Shown here: one piece after another, positions 23,206 through 30,995 of the stretch | Numbering within the stretch: position 1 is the stretch's first letter | How the letters are laid out: every line of letters starts with the position of its first letter | Virus record (IMG/VR): IMGVR_UViG_3300045988_120863 | Strand: one strand, 5' to 3' | Source of the DNA: a virus | DNA: 32,728 bases | The notes under the pieces: generated by a model | Database searches by the model: none | Told to the model about the DNA's origin: nothing | What the model saw: only the letters and a program-made list of their open reading frames with translations | Position numbers and translations under genes: made by a program

Positions 23206-24858
23206 TCACCCCACGTTATACATGAAATCTTCGTAATACTTGACGTAGATCGTCCAGGCGTTGAGGAGCGAGACCATGCCGTCGATCCTGCGCTTTTCGG
23301 TGATCTTTACGGGCTGAATGTTGTTGAGGCCCGATTTTTTGACGCCCGTATTCGTCAAGCACCATACGAGCATAGGGTTTCCGTTGTAATTAACCTGTTT
23401 CCCCTCAAGAGCGGCGCCCATTTCCCGCATGGGCTGACTCCATGTATAGGGGCCCTGGGCGACGGCCTCCATATCGAAACCGTTTGATCGCATTTCGTCC
23501 ACCCAATAACCCGCGAGGGCCCGGTCGTAGCCGACTTTTATACAGTCGATTTTGTACTCGTCCCGCATTTGGCAAAACCAGGCCGTGACGTCGGAATAAT
23601 TGACGCGGTTTCCCGGGCAGATAGTGAGGAGGCCGCGGTCGGCCCATTTTCGATATGGGGCCTCGTTGGTGTTCTTCTCCTCGAGGTGTGCGACACGCTT
23701 TTCCGGGAGGAAATATTGTTGCAGAACATAGACAATCGGGTCTCCCGGCTTGCGTATGAGGAGCGTCGCCGCGGTGAGGTCGGTCGTAGCCGAGAGGTCG
23801 CACCCGCCGAGGGCGTAGGTGTTATAGACGTCCTGGAACTCAAAACGGAGGTCGCTCTTAATGGCGTCGAAAGAGAGCCAAACCGCCGCCGACACTTCCC
23901 GGATATTGAAATCCTTGCAGAGGACGCCGGGGAGATCGTCGGGGCTGTTCTTCGCCCGCTGGACAAAGTCGGCAAGGGTCTTATACTTCTTGATCGTCCC
24001 GAGGCCCGGGTTCGCCTTTTGCCATTTGGTCGGGTCTGTCCACTCCTCGCGGGCGTCCAGCTCGTAGAGGATCGGGAGGAAAGTCGGCTCCTCCATTTCG
24101 CCGTCCGCAATTCTGCAAGCGATCTCATAGAGGCTATCGAAAACGCTCTCTCGGACGGTGCCCGCGGTGGTAATCATCACAACGAGCGGTTGGCGGCGCG
24201 AGGAGGTGGACTGTTTCATAACCTCATAGAGGCCGCGATCCTTTATCGCGTGGAGCTCGTCAATGATTACGGCGTGAGAGTTCAGGCCGTCCAGGGTGTT
24301 AGAGTCCGAGGCGAGGGCCTCAAAGGTCGAGGCCGTAGCCGGAAAATAGAGATCATTCCGCCGCTTTTTCAGGACGGCCCGTAGCTCCGGCGACTGCTTC
24401 ACCATGTTTATAGCTTCGGTGAGGACTTTTTTCGCCTGGTCTCGTTTGGTGGCGACGGAGTAGATTTCCGCCGCGCCCTCATAATCCGCGATCAGCATAT
24501 AGAGCGCAATCGCGGCGAGGAGTGTCGATTTTCCGTTTTTACGGCCTACGAGAAACATCGTCTCGCGGTATCTGCGGAAACCCGTCTCCCGCTCGAGGAA
24601 ACCGAAAAGGGCTTGAATATAGGCCTTTTGGAAAAGCTCGAGCTTGAGAGGGGCACCGATCACGCCTTGAGACTGCTTGCAAAACCGCTCCGCGAATAGG
24701 ATCGGGCGCTCGCCGACGTCCTCGTCGAAATAGTACGGAGAGGCCGGATCGGGCTCGCGGATTTCCCGGGCGAGGCGCTCGTAAACGGCACGGACGCGCC
24801 GGGAGGTGACTACCTTTCCGCTCTCGATTGCCTCCCAATACTCGAGAATGTAATTCAC
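23206..24858 (-). CDS. terL: Terminase large subunit
   Basis: 550 aa. Walker A context FLVGRKNGKST. GTGA overlap with the small subunit gene. Confidence 0.85.
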   Translation of the reverse strand: MNYILEYWEAIESGKVVTSRRVRAVYERLAREIREPDPASPYYFDEDVGERPILFAERFCKQSQGVIGAPLKLELFQKAYIQALFGFLERETGFRRYRETMFLVGRKNGKSTLLAAIALYMLIADYEGAAEIYSVATKRDQAKKVLTEAINMVKQSPELRAVLKKRRNDLYFPATASTFEALASDSNTLDGLNSHAVIIDELHAIKDRGLYEVMKQSTSSRRQPLVVMITTAGTVRESVFDSLYEIACRIADGEMEEPTFLPILYELDAREEWTDPTKWQKANPGLGTIKKYKTLADFVQRAKNSPDDLPGVLCKDFNIREVSAAVWLSFDAIKSDLRFEFQDVYNTYALGGCDLSATTDLTAATLLIRKPGDPIVYVLQQYFLPEKRVAHLEEKNTNEAPYRKWADRGLLTICPGNRVNYSDVTAWFCQMRDEYKIDCIKVGYDRALAGYWVDEMRSNGFDMEAVAQGPYTWSQPMREMGAALEGKQVNYNGNPMLVWCLTNTGVKKSGLNNIQPVKITEKRRIDGMVSLLNAWTIYVKYYEDFMYNVG

Positions 24859-25244
24859 CGCTTACCAGCTCCCGCGGGCTTCGTGGCGAAATTCATAAGC
24901 TCCTCTCCGGCCTGTTTCTGAGTTTTCTCCGGGAGGAGGTCGAGGAGACTTTTCGATAGGGAGGTAAACGACTTGATCGTCGTATTGTAGCTCTTGAGGG
25001 CCGGGGTTTCGCGGCGTAACTGCTGGGCGCCCTGCTTAAAATCTTCGATCAGGTCGCCCGCGTTGATCTCCTCGACGAGGCGCTCGAGAGTGACGGTCGT
25101 AACGGCAAATTGATAGATCAGGCCGTCCGCAAATTGCTTTCTTTCGGCGGGTAGATCACGGAAAAGACGCTGAATTTTCTTTCTTTTTACCTCGATTTTG
25201 TCGGAGATAGAGAGGCTTTCATAGGGGATTTTTGATTTTGCCAT
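24855..25244 (-). CDS. terS: Terminase small subunit (P27-like)
   Basis: 129 aa directly upstream of terL. The helical sequence loosely resembles P27-family small subunits. Confidence 0.6.
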   Translation of the reverse strand: MAKSKIPYESLSISDKIEVKRKKIQRLFRDLPAERKQFADGLIYQFAVTTVTLERLVEEINAGDLIEDFKQGAQQLRRETPALKSYNTTIKSFTSLSKSLLDLLPEKTQKQAGEELMNFATKPAGAGKR

Positions 25245-25536
25245 TAGATGTGTAACCTCCTCTCTTTTTGCGCTATACCCCCCCTTATGTATGCGCCCGG
25301 GGGGTTCTAAACGAGGGTGGAAAGCGGTTCGGAATGGCTATCCCCCGGGTGTCGAGGTGGGGGGGAGGGCCTCGAGGCCGGAACTCCGCCGCGGATCGTG
25401 TTTCATTTCCGCCGCTTCGCTTTTTTGTCCACATTTCCCGCGGCGATTGTGGATAACCCGGGAGGCGTGGGGGTTGCGGAGAGGTGAACTTTCTGCGTCT
25501 GCGATCTGCACGGGCCGCCGTCGCTTGTTCTTGTGC

Positions 25537-25836
25537 TTATGACAAAAGCTCACGCTCGACAAGGTTTCCCTCCTCGTCGAACATGAGGCCGCGATCTGTG
25601 GGTAGGTCGGAGGCGTGGGCGATGGCGTGGCAATCCCGGCAAAGTAACTCGAGATTATTCTCGCCGAGCGCGATCTCCGGCGTGTTGATGTTCTCCGGCG
25701 TCAAGTGCTCTTTGTGGTGGACGATCTCGCCGGGGCGCCCACACTTCACGCATAGGCCATGATCCCGGGCCACGATATAAGCACGAGTGCGGCGCCATTC
25801 TTTCGAGAGATAAAAACCTCGTGCAAACTCTCTCAA
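25537..25836 (-). CDS. HNH endonuclease (99 aa), packaging-associated
   Basis: TTG start at 25836 with GGAGG 7 nt upstream. CVKCGRPGEIVHHKEH...NNLELLCRDCHAIAH is an HNH motif with two Cys pairs. Confidence 0.8.
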   Translation of the reverse strand: MREFARGFYLSKEWRRTRAYIVARDHGLCVKCGRPGEIVHHKEHLTPENINTPEIALGENNLELLCRDCHAIAHASDLPTDRGLMFDEEGNLVERELLS

Positions 25837-26022
25837 ACGCTCGCCTCCAAATGGTACGAAAGAGGCGCCCCTCCCGGCCTCGGGCGGCCTCACGCATAGA
25901 GCGCAAGGCCTCGGCAGAAAAGGGCGCACGGCGACGGGCTTTCCCGCCCTCTTTCACGTTACCAGCGTAACACAAGGGCGCGGTCTTGTCCGTACAGACT
26001 TTTTTCAATTTTCCGGGCGCGG

Positions 26023-26460
26023 CTAAATGGAGGCGAGAGCCCCCGCCCCATAGTACAAAACCGCAAAGGCCGCGACGGCCTTATTCCTGAGATCATAGAT
26101 CGACGTCTTGGAGCTATACGAGAGCTCGTCCGCGATCTGCTCTTTACTCTTGTGCTCGATATACCATGCACGGAGGAGCTCGGCGTCGGCGTCGTCCAGT
26201 TGAGCGAGGACGCGGTCGATCTCCGCTATCGTGCTCCGGGTGGCTACGATCTCCCGGTTTATCTCGGCCAGTTCCAGGCGGGCGGAGGTATGCGCGTTGA
26301 TACCGCCGCTCGAGGCATAGGGCCGAGGCTTGATATTATCTCTCTCGGCCTTTGCCTGAGTGGAGGCAAGCTCACGCCGCCGCCCGAGGTTCTCGAGTGC
26401 TTGCTCAAGGTTTCCGCGCTGTGCAAGCAATCTCTCGGCGGCTTTGAAATAATTTATCAT
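26023..26460 (-). CDS. Sigma-70 region-4-like HTH protein (putative late-gene activator)
   Basis: The C-terminus reads LLRAWYIEHKSKEQIADELSYSSKTSIYDLRNKAVAAFAVL. It lies just upstream of the packaging module. Confidence 0.5.
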   Translation of the reverse strand: MINYFKAAERLLAQRGNLEQALENLGRRRELASTQAKAERDNIKPRPYASSGGINAHTSARLELAEINREIVATRSTIAEIDRVLAQLDDADAELLRAWYIEHKSKEQIADELSYSSKTSIYDLRNKAVAAFAVLYYGAGALASI

Positions 26461-26861
26461 ATCCGTTTCCCTCCGTGGCGGTATTCGCGTCCGAGGTTGT
26501 AGCGGTGTTTTGCCATGACAACGGCGTCAACGTCTACCCCGAGCGCGGCCATGAGGTCGAGGGTTCGGAGGATCACGTCGGCCAGCTCGACCGCGATCCC
26601 CTCCGGCTTGCAGGCTCCGGCCTTTTCTCCTCCGGCGTCAGGGTGGCCCACGTTCTCACAAGTGAGGGCAAAATCGCAATCGTCCGGCGAGAGCGCACAC
26701 GTCCCATAGACGAGAGGGCTCCCGTTTCTGTATTCCTCGAGAGCCTCGGACAGTTCGCCGTGGATCAGGCAAAGGGCCTCCGGGAGAGAGGGCGGCTTTT
26801 CCCACCACCCATGATTGACCGCGTTCTCGTGGACTTCCTTTGCGAGCTCGTTAATATTCAT
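26457..26861 (-). CDS. MazG-like nucleotide pyrophosphohydrolase
   Basis: ATG at 26861 with AAAGGAG upstream. Contains LIHGELSEALEEYR and GIAVELADVILRTLDL helices. Confidence 0.6.
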   Translation of the reverse strand: MNINELAKEVHENAVNHGWWEKPPSLPEALCLIHGELSEALEEYRNGSPLVYGTCALSPDDCDFALTCENVGHPDAGGEKAGACKPEGIAVELADVILRTLDLMAALGVDVDAVVMAKHRYNLGREYRHGGKRI

Positions 26862-26928
26862 AGCTTGCACTCCTTTCCCTGGGCTTCGTTCCCAAACTTT
26901 ACGCATTTACAAGGCCATAAAAGGCCGA

Positions 26929-27678
26929 TCACTCAATCGGTCGTTTTCGGCGCCGCTCATGCTTCGGCGGCGTCAACACATACTTAAAGTAGAGGTAGCC
27001 CCATTGAGTTTCTTTGCTCTCGACTAAAACATAGCCTTTCGGCGGGCGAGGAGGGCGCGTCGCTGAGTAGTTCCGTTTTACGACGGTCGGCTCCTCGCGC
27101 TCCGGGCGCTTGAGGTTCTTCGTCTGTTTCCAGCGGTGGCCGCCCTGCTCCGGCGTCCAATGGTCGAAAAGGTAATTTGCGAGGCCCGTATAATCGCGGC
27201 CATAGTCTACACCATTATAATAATTGTGCTCTCTGAGGTGCTCGATCCTCAACACGTCGCCGAGGCCCCAAAGATCGCGGATCAGCTTTTCCGAGACGCC
27301 CTCGGAAATCATGTGAAAATGTATGCGGAAAGTCGTCTTGCCGCGGCCCATGTAAATATTGATCTTCGCGTCCGGCGCGTGGTATTTCAGGCGGCGGACG
27401 TAGAGGTCGCGAATACGACGGGCCTCGTCGAATGTATGTACTTCGCTCTCATTGTCGAGCGTGAGGGTGCTATATAATGATGTAGGGCCGTAATTCTCAT
27501 TTATGAGGCGAGCGTGTTTCCGCCGCGAAATGCCGATCCTGTGTAGCTCCCGCTCCTCCTCATTTTTGAAGCGCGGGCGTGGCTCTGCCTTTTCAAGGCT
27601 CTTGATCCGATCCGGGACGTTATAAACTTCCTGCTCGCAAACGACCCCCGAGAATGTGCGTCGTTTCACTCGTTGCAT
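26929..27678 (-). CDS. HUH-type rolling-circle replication initiator (Rep), 249 aa
   Basis: Motif I-like YSTLTLD, HUH motif RIHFHMI and a candidate catalytic Tyr region DYTGLANYLFDH. Confidence 0.55.
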   Translation of the reverse strand: MQRVKRRTFSGVVCEQEVYNVPDRIKSLEKAEPRPRFKNEEERELHRIGISRRKHARLINENYGPTSLYSTLTLDNESEVHTFDEARRIRDLYVRRLKYHAPDAKINIYMGRGKTTFRIHFHMISEGVSEKLIRDLWGLGDVLRIEHLREHNYYNGVDYGRDYTGLANYLFDHWTPEQGGHRWKQTKNLKRPEREEPTVVKRNYSATRPPRPPKGYVLVESKETQWGYLYFKYVLTPPKHERRRKRPIE

Positions 27679-27714
27679 ATCAAAAACCGCCTTTCGGGCG
27701 TGGGTTTAGGCCCC

Positions 27715-27743
27715 TTGCATTTTCTTCCCGGAGGTGATAATAT
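27715..27743 (+). promoter_or_regulatory. Plus-strand sigma70 promoter with extended -10
   Basis: TTGCAT (27715-27720), then 17 nt, then TAATAT (27738-27743), with TG one nt upstream of the -10. Confidence 0.55.
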
Positions 27744-27749
27744 AATAAA

Positions 27750-27819
27750 GGTATGGCAATCTCCCTCCGGGTGGTTGCGCCCCCGACGCTCTCGTCAAGC
27801 GTCGGGGGCTTTTTCTTTT
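27750..27819 (+). ncRNA. Candidate ~70-nt antisense small RNA upstream of rep
   Basis: The promoter at 27715-27743 is followed within ~35 nt by a perfect 12-bp GC stem (27779-27790 / 27798-27809) and TTTTTCTTTT (27810-27819). There is no plus-strand ORF. Confidence 0.45.
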
Positions 27820-28027
27820 ACCCGTTTTCCACGAGGCCGCGGGCCGTCGCGGTATGGTCTTTTCCGTCCGCAAGGTCTACGCCGACGTAATAGGCGCGGG
27901 CGGGAGGCGTGATCCTTGCGGTGTTGGCCTGGGCCCAATCCGCCGAGGCGGCCTCTTTGCAGTCGCACCGCTCGCCCGCGTCCAGGTGAGCCCCGCAAGA
28001 CGGGCACTCCTTAAAGGGTGTACTCAC
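27818..28027 (-). CDS. Small zinc-ribbon-like protein (69 aa)
   Basis: GTG start with AAAGGAG 8 nt upstream. CPSCGAHLDAGERCDC. Confidence 0.5.
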   Translation of the reverse strand: MSTPFKECPSCGAHLDAGERCDCKEAASADWAQANTARITPPARAYYVGVDLADGKDHTATARGLVENG

Positions 28028-28355
28028 TTTCTGCGCTCCTTTCTCGGCGGCCCTTGGCTCGCCGGAGGTCTGCGATCCAGTCGAGGAGCGTTCTTTTCGC
28101 GGCGTAGTAGATAGGCGGGATCAGGAGGAGGAGATACTCTCCGCCGCGGGCCTGATAGCCCCGCTCGAGATAGGCGTAAATCACGCCCAGGCGAAACGCC
28201 GTCAGAGTTACCAGGATCACGAGCGACCACTCGATCAGCGGGCCCGGATAGATATAAAGGGCGAGGCCGCGGGCGGCCAGCCGAAACGCGCTCTTGCGGC
28301 GGTTCCACCTGATATTGAAACGCTCCCGCGGGTGCTTCGTCGTGTAGAGTCTCAA
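28011..28355 (-). CDS. Hypothetical membrane protein (114 aa)
   Basis: Hydrophobic helices LIEWSLVILVTLTAFRLGVIYAYL and YLLLLIPPIYYAA. ATGA overlap with the upstream gene. Confidence 0.5.
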   Translation of the reverse strand: MRLYTTKHPRERFNIRWNRRKSAFRLAARGLALYIYPGPLIEWSLVILVTLTAFRLGVIYAYLERGYQARGGEYLLLLIPPIYYAAKRTLLDWIADLRRAKGRRERSAESEYTL

Positions 28356-28582
28356 GACTTTTCCTCCTTTTCTATGTCCTCGACCGTCTCGTATTTGCGG
28401 AGATCACACTCCCACGTCGGGAGGAGGCGGTTCAAGCCTGGGATCAGGTTCCACGCCGAGAGCCACCAATAACGGGCCTGTCGGCGAGCGCATAGGAGAG
28501 AGCCGTATTTTTTATGTAGGCTCCGGCAATCGTGGCACGGTGGCGGGAGTTCGACCTCCGCCGCCTCTGGCTTGTCCATCAT
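28352..28582 (-). CDS. Hypothetical Cys-containing protein (76 aa)
   Basis: In-operon ORF with start overlapping the upstream stop. CHDCRSLHKKYGSLLC. Confidence 0.45.
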   Translation of the reverse strand: MMDKPEAAEVELPPPCHDCRSLHKKYGSLLCARRQARYWWLSAWNLIPGLNRLLPTWECDLRKYETVEDIEKEEKS

Positions 28583-28758
28583 TCCGCCGCCACCTCCTCG
28601 AGGAGCTCAAAGGTACACTCGCGGGCGATCTGCGTCCAGCGGGCGGCCCACTTTCTCGCGGCAGAGATCACGGCCTCGTATTTCCGCGGGCCCGTGACCT
28701 CGACAGCGCCATAGGCCGGGTGAGATACTTTCCAACGATATACGGGCTTTTTATTCAT
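28579..28758 (-). CDS. Hypothetical protein (59 aa), not in the supplied ORF track
   Basis: ATG at 28758 with AGGAGG upstream. ATGA overlaps at both ends. Product MNKKPVYRWKVSHPAYGAVEVTGPRKYEAVISAARKWAARWTQIARECTFELLEEVAAE. Confidence 0.5.
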   Translation of the reverse strand: MNKKPVYRWKVSHPAYGAVEVTGPRKYEAVISAARKWAARWTQIARECTFELLEEVAAE

Positions 28759-29135
28759 AAGTCCGCCTCCTTTGTGATCCCGTGTGTTGGCTCCTCGTAA
28801 CTTCCATATACGAGACTCGAATAATACCCGACCATGTCAATTTCAAGTGCCCGGTCGTCGATATAATAGTCGGCGTAGACCTTGCGGCAGTTGTTTCCAT
28901 ATCGGGAGACACATTCCGGGAGATTGTCGTTTACTGCGTCGAACTCGAGGCCGTGATCCTCGCACCATTTCACCGCCGCCGCCAAATCGTCTCCAATTCG
29001 ACACGTCCATAGAATGAGACGGTCTCCGGCTCGGCGGATTCGCTTCGCAAAGTCCAGCACGTCAGGCTTCGGCGCTCCTATGCGCGGGTATTCATCAAAA
29101 CAAAGGGTTCCGTCAAAGTCGATTGCGTAAATCAT
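28755..29135 (-). CDS. HAD-superfamily hydrolase-like protein (126 aa)
   Basis: N-terminal motif I is YAIDFDGTL. A C-terminal YIDD supplies an acidic motif. Confidence 0.5.
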   Translation of the reverse strand: MIYAIDFDGTLCFDEYPRIGAPKPDVLDFAKRIRRAGDRLILWTCRIGDDLAAAVKWCEDHGLEFDAVNDNLPECVSRYGNNCRKVYADYYIDDRALEIDMVGYYSSLVYGSYEEPTHGITKEADL

Positions 29136-29139
29136 GGCC

Positions 29140-30744
29140 TTACTCTCCGTCCTCGAGATCGCAAGAGCGGGTTTCGCTCCGGGAGACCTTGATTTTTCCC
29201 TTGCTTGTGACGGAAAATTTCGCCTTGCACCGCCCGCGAACGTTCAGGCTCGCGGAGGAGATCGGGCCGCGGGCGATCATTTCGACCACGTTCTCGAGGA
29301 GGCCGACCGCCTCGTCGGGGATCGGCTTAAAACCGAGACTCTCGGCGTCGTCGCCGAAAAGACGTTGCACACGCTCGCAAGCGTCCGCCACCTGTTCATG
29401 TACGCGGCGTTCTTGCCGTGCAGTCGGGCAGTTGCAAACCTCCGTCGCCGTGTCGTCTGCGGCGGCCTGGGACGGGTGGGGCCCGACTTCCTGGATTTGA
29501 CCGCAATACCGACAAGCGCCCGTTGTGACGGCCATAGCGACGCCGATAACCGGGGCCCGGTTGGCGACGGCCTCCTCGCAATCACAAAGGCGGGTAGCGG
29601 CGGCGTCCGCGGTTCGCTGGGTCGGAAAACCTCCCTCACGGGCGCCCTCGAGGGTTACGCCCCACTCACGCCCGCAATACTTACACTTTCCGAGCCTAAA
29701 CGATCCGATCTCCTCGTCCTCCTCCGTAGGAGCGGGATCGGGTTCGGCGGCGGCTTTGTCGTATTGCTCAAGGTATCGGGCGAGCACTTGCTCCTCCGCC
29801 TTGAGGGCGTCATAGTCGCCGAGGGTCGGGATCGCGTCGGACGGGCCGGAGAGGATCGCGGAAATGTTGGTGTATTTCTCCCTGGCGTGTTCCTCGACGG
29901 TCGGGGCCGGGGCCTTTGCGTCCTCGAGGGCGGCGCGGAGATCGGCCTCCTCGCGGGCGAGGTCTCCTTGCTCCTCGTCGAGAGCTGTATTTTCTGCGTC
30001 GATGGCGTCTCGGTCGTTGGGATCGGCCTTGTCCCGCTCCTCAAACATGAGGGCGGAGAGATCGCGGCGGCGGAGATCAATCCGAATGAGGCGATCTTGC
30101 ACCTCGGCCAAACGGGCGCGGTCGGCGTCGATCTTGGCGATCATGCGGTCGCGATCCTCTGCGTTCATGTCTCCGGCGTAGGCGTAATAGCTCGAGGCCT
30201 CCTCCGGGACGTCCGAGGTGGAGAGAGGCGCCCCGTCCTCCGCCGTGGCCTCCTCTTTCGTGATCGCCACGAGCTCAATCAACCAGGCGGGCGTTACATT
30301 TTCACCGTAGGCGGGCTCGATAGATTTTACCCGCGCAAAGCGGCGGGCGGCGTCCTGCGGCATAGAGACCGGGGAGGCCCACTTATAGGCGGCCTGTTCC
30401 GGCTGAACGACGGAGTCGGCGGCCAGGATCACGCGCTCGGACTCTCCGCCCTGTGGGTTCTTGAGACGATACCAGGGCTCGCGGATAAATACGACGTCCG
30501 AGACCTCGACGGGAGAGGCGAACACGTCCGCGACGCCGTCTCCCGCTCCGAGACGGTTTCCGTCCTGGCCTACGAGGTGCCAAATGTCGGCACAATCGGC
30601 GTCCCGGTGGAACGAGGCGCCCTCGATATAGCGCGGCGCGGGTTTGATGAGCTTCGTAATGGTGAGCCCGCCGAGCTTGTCCAGCTCCCGGGCGTCCTGG
30701 GTGGTTAAAATCAGGCTTTTCATGGTATGGCGATCTCCTTTCAT
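29140..30744 (-). CDS. Hypothetical multidomain protein (534 aa): ASCH-like N-domain, acidic coiled coil, two CxxC...CxC repeats
   Basis: The ATGA-coupled start at 30744 is preferred; ATG 30723 is the alternative. VVFIREPW...KWASPVSMPQDAARRFARV resembles ASCH-like phage proteins. CKYCG..x29..CDC and CRYCG..x22..CNC. Confidence 0.5.
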   Translation of the reverse strand: MKGDRHTMKSLILTTQDARELDKLGGLTITKLIKPAPRYIEGASFHRDADCADIWHLVGQDGNRLGAGDGVADVFASPVEVSDVVFIREPWYRLKNPQGGESERVILAADSVVQPEQAAYKWASPVSMPQDAARRFARVKSIEPAYGENVTPAWLIELVAITKEEATAEDGAPLSTSDVPEEASSYYAYAGDMNAEDRDRMIAKIDADRARLAEVQDRLIRIDLRRRDLSALMFEERDKADPNDRDAIDAENTALDEEQGDLAREEADLRAALEDAKAPAPTVEEHAREKYTNISAILSGPSDAIPTLGDYDALKAEEQVLARYLEQYDKAAAEPDPAPTEEDEEIGSFRLGKCKYCGREWGVTLEGAREGGFPTQRTADAAATRLCDCEEAVANRAPVIGVAMAVTTGACRYCGQIQEVGPHPSQAAADDTATEVCNCPTARQERRVHEQVADACERVQRLFGDDAESLGFKPIPDEAVGLLENVVEMIARGPISSASLNVRGRCKAKFSVTSKGKIKVSRSETRSCDLEDGE

Positions 30745-30995
30745 TTTGTTGCTTTTCCGCCGATGGTGACGAGGAGGATCGGGGCCGGAGTGTCCGGCCA
30801 GTCGTCCACGTCAGCGGTGATCCGCTCGACGATGTTATTTCCGCACACCTCGACGCACCGCGTTTTTTCGAGTTCCTCGACCGTGCCTCCGGCCACCGCC
30901 TCAGAAATATCGGCTCCGAGGTGGTGGATCACAAAGAGGCGTTCTTTCGGTAGGAGCAGGGCCATGAGGCCGGATAGGGTGAGCTTGTTATTCAA
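30741..30995 (-). CDS. Hypothetical protein (84 aa; start uncertain)
   Basis: TTG at 30995 has AGGAGG 9 nt upstream. The alternative ATG at 31013 has no RBS. Confidence 0.35.
   Translation of the reverse strand: MNNKLTLSGLMALLLPKERLFVIHHLGADISEAVAGGTVEELEKTRCVEVCGNNIVERITADVDDWPDTPAPILLVTIGGKATK

Noticed and set aside
25291-25562. Short ORFs on both strands inside the HNH-terS gap
   Set aside because: They have no RBSs and Arg/Gly/Pro-rich products. The region is better explained as non-coding cos/promoter DNA.
27706-27759. 17-codon leader ORF (TTG start after GGAGGGAG) upstream of rep
   Set aside because: The SD-to-start spacing is only ~4 nt, and there is no supporting conservation evidence. 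It is mentioned only as context for the antisense RNA hypothesis.
29134-30708. 524-aa plus-strand ORF; similar long plus-strand ORFs lie at 19947-21323, 15292-16188, 13809-14744, 12819-13688, 21501-22253, 22269-23117, 23569-24384 and 2562-3413
   Set aside because: All are antisense to well-supported minus-strand genes. They have biased Arg/Gly/Leu composition and lack RBSs and operon logic. They are typical GC-rich shadow frames.
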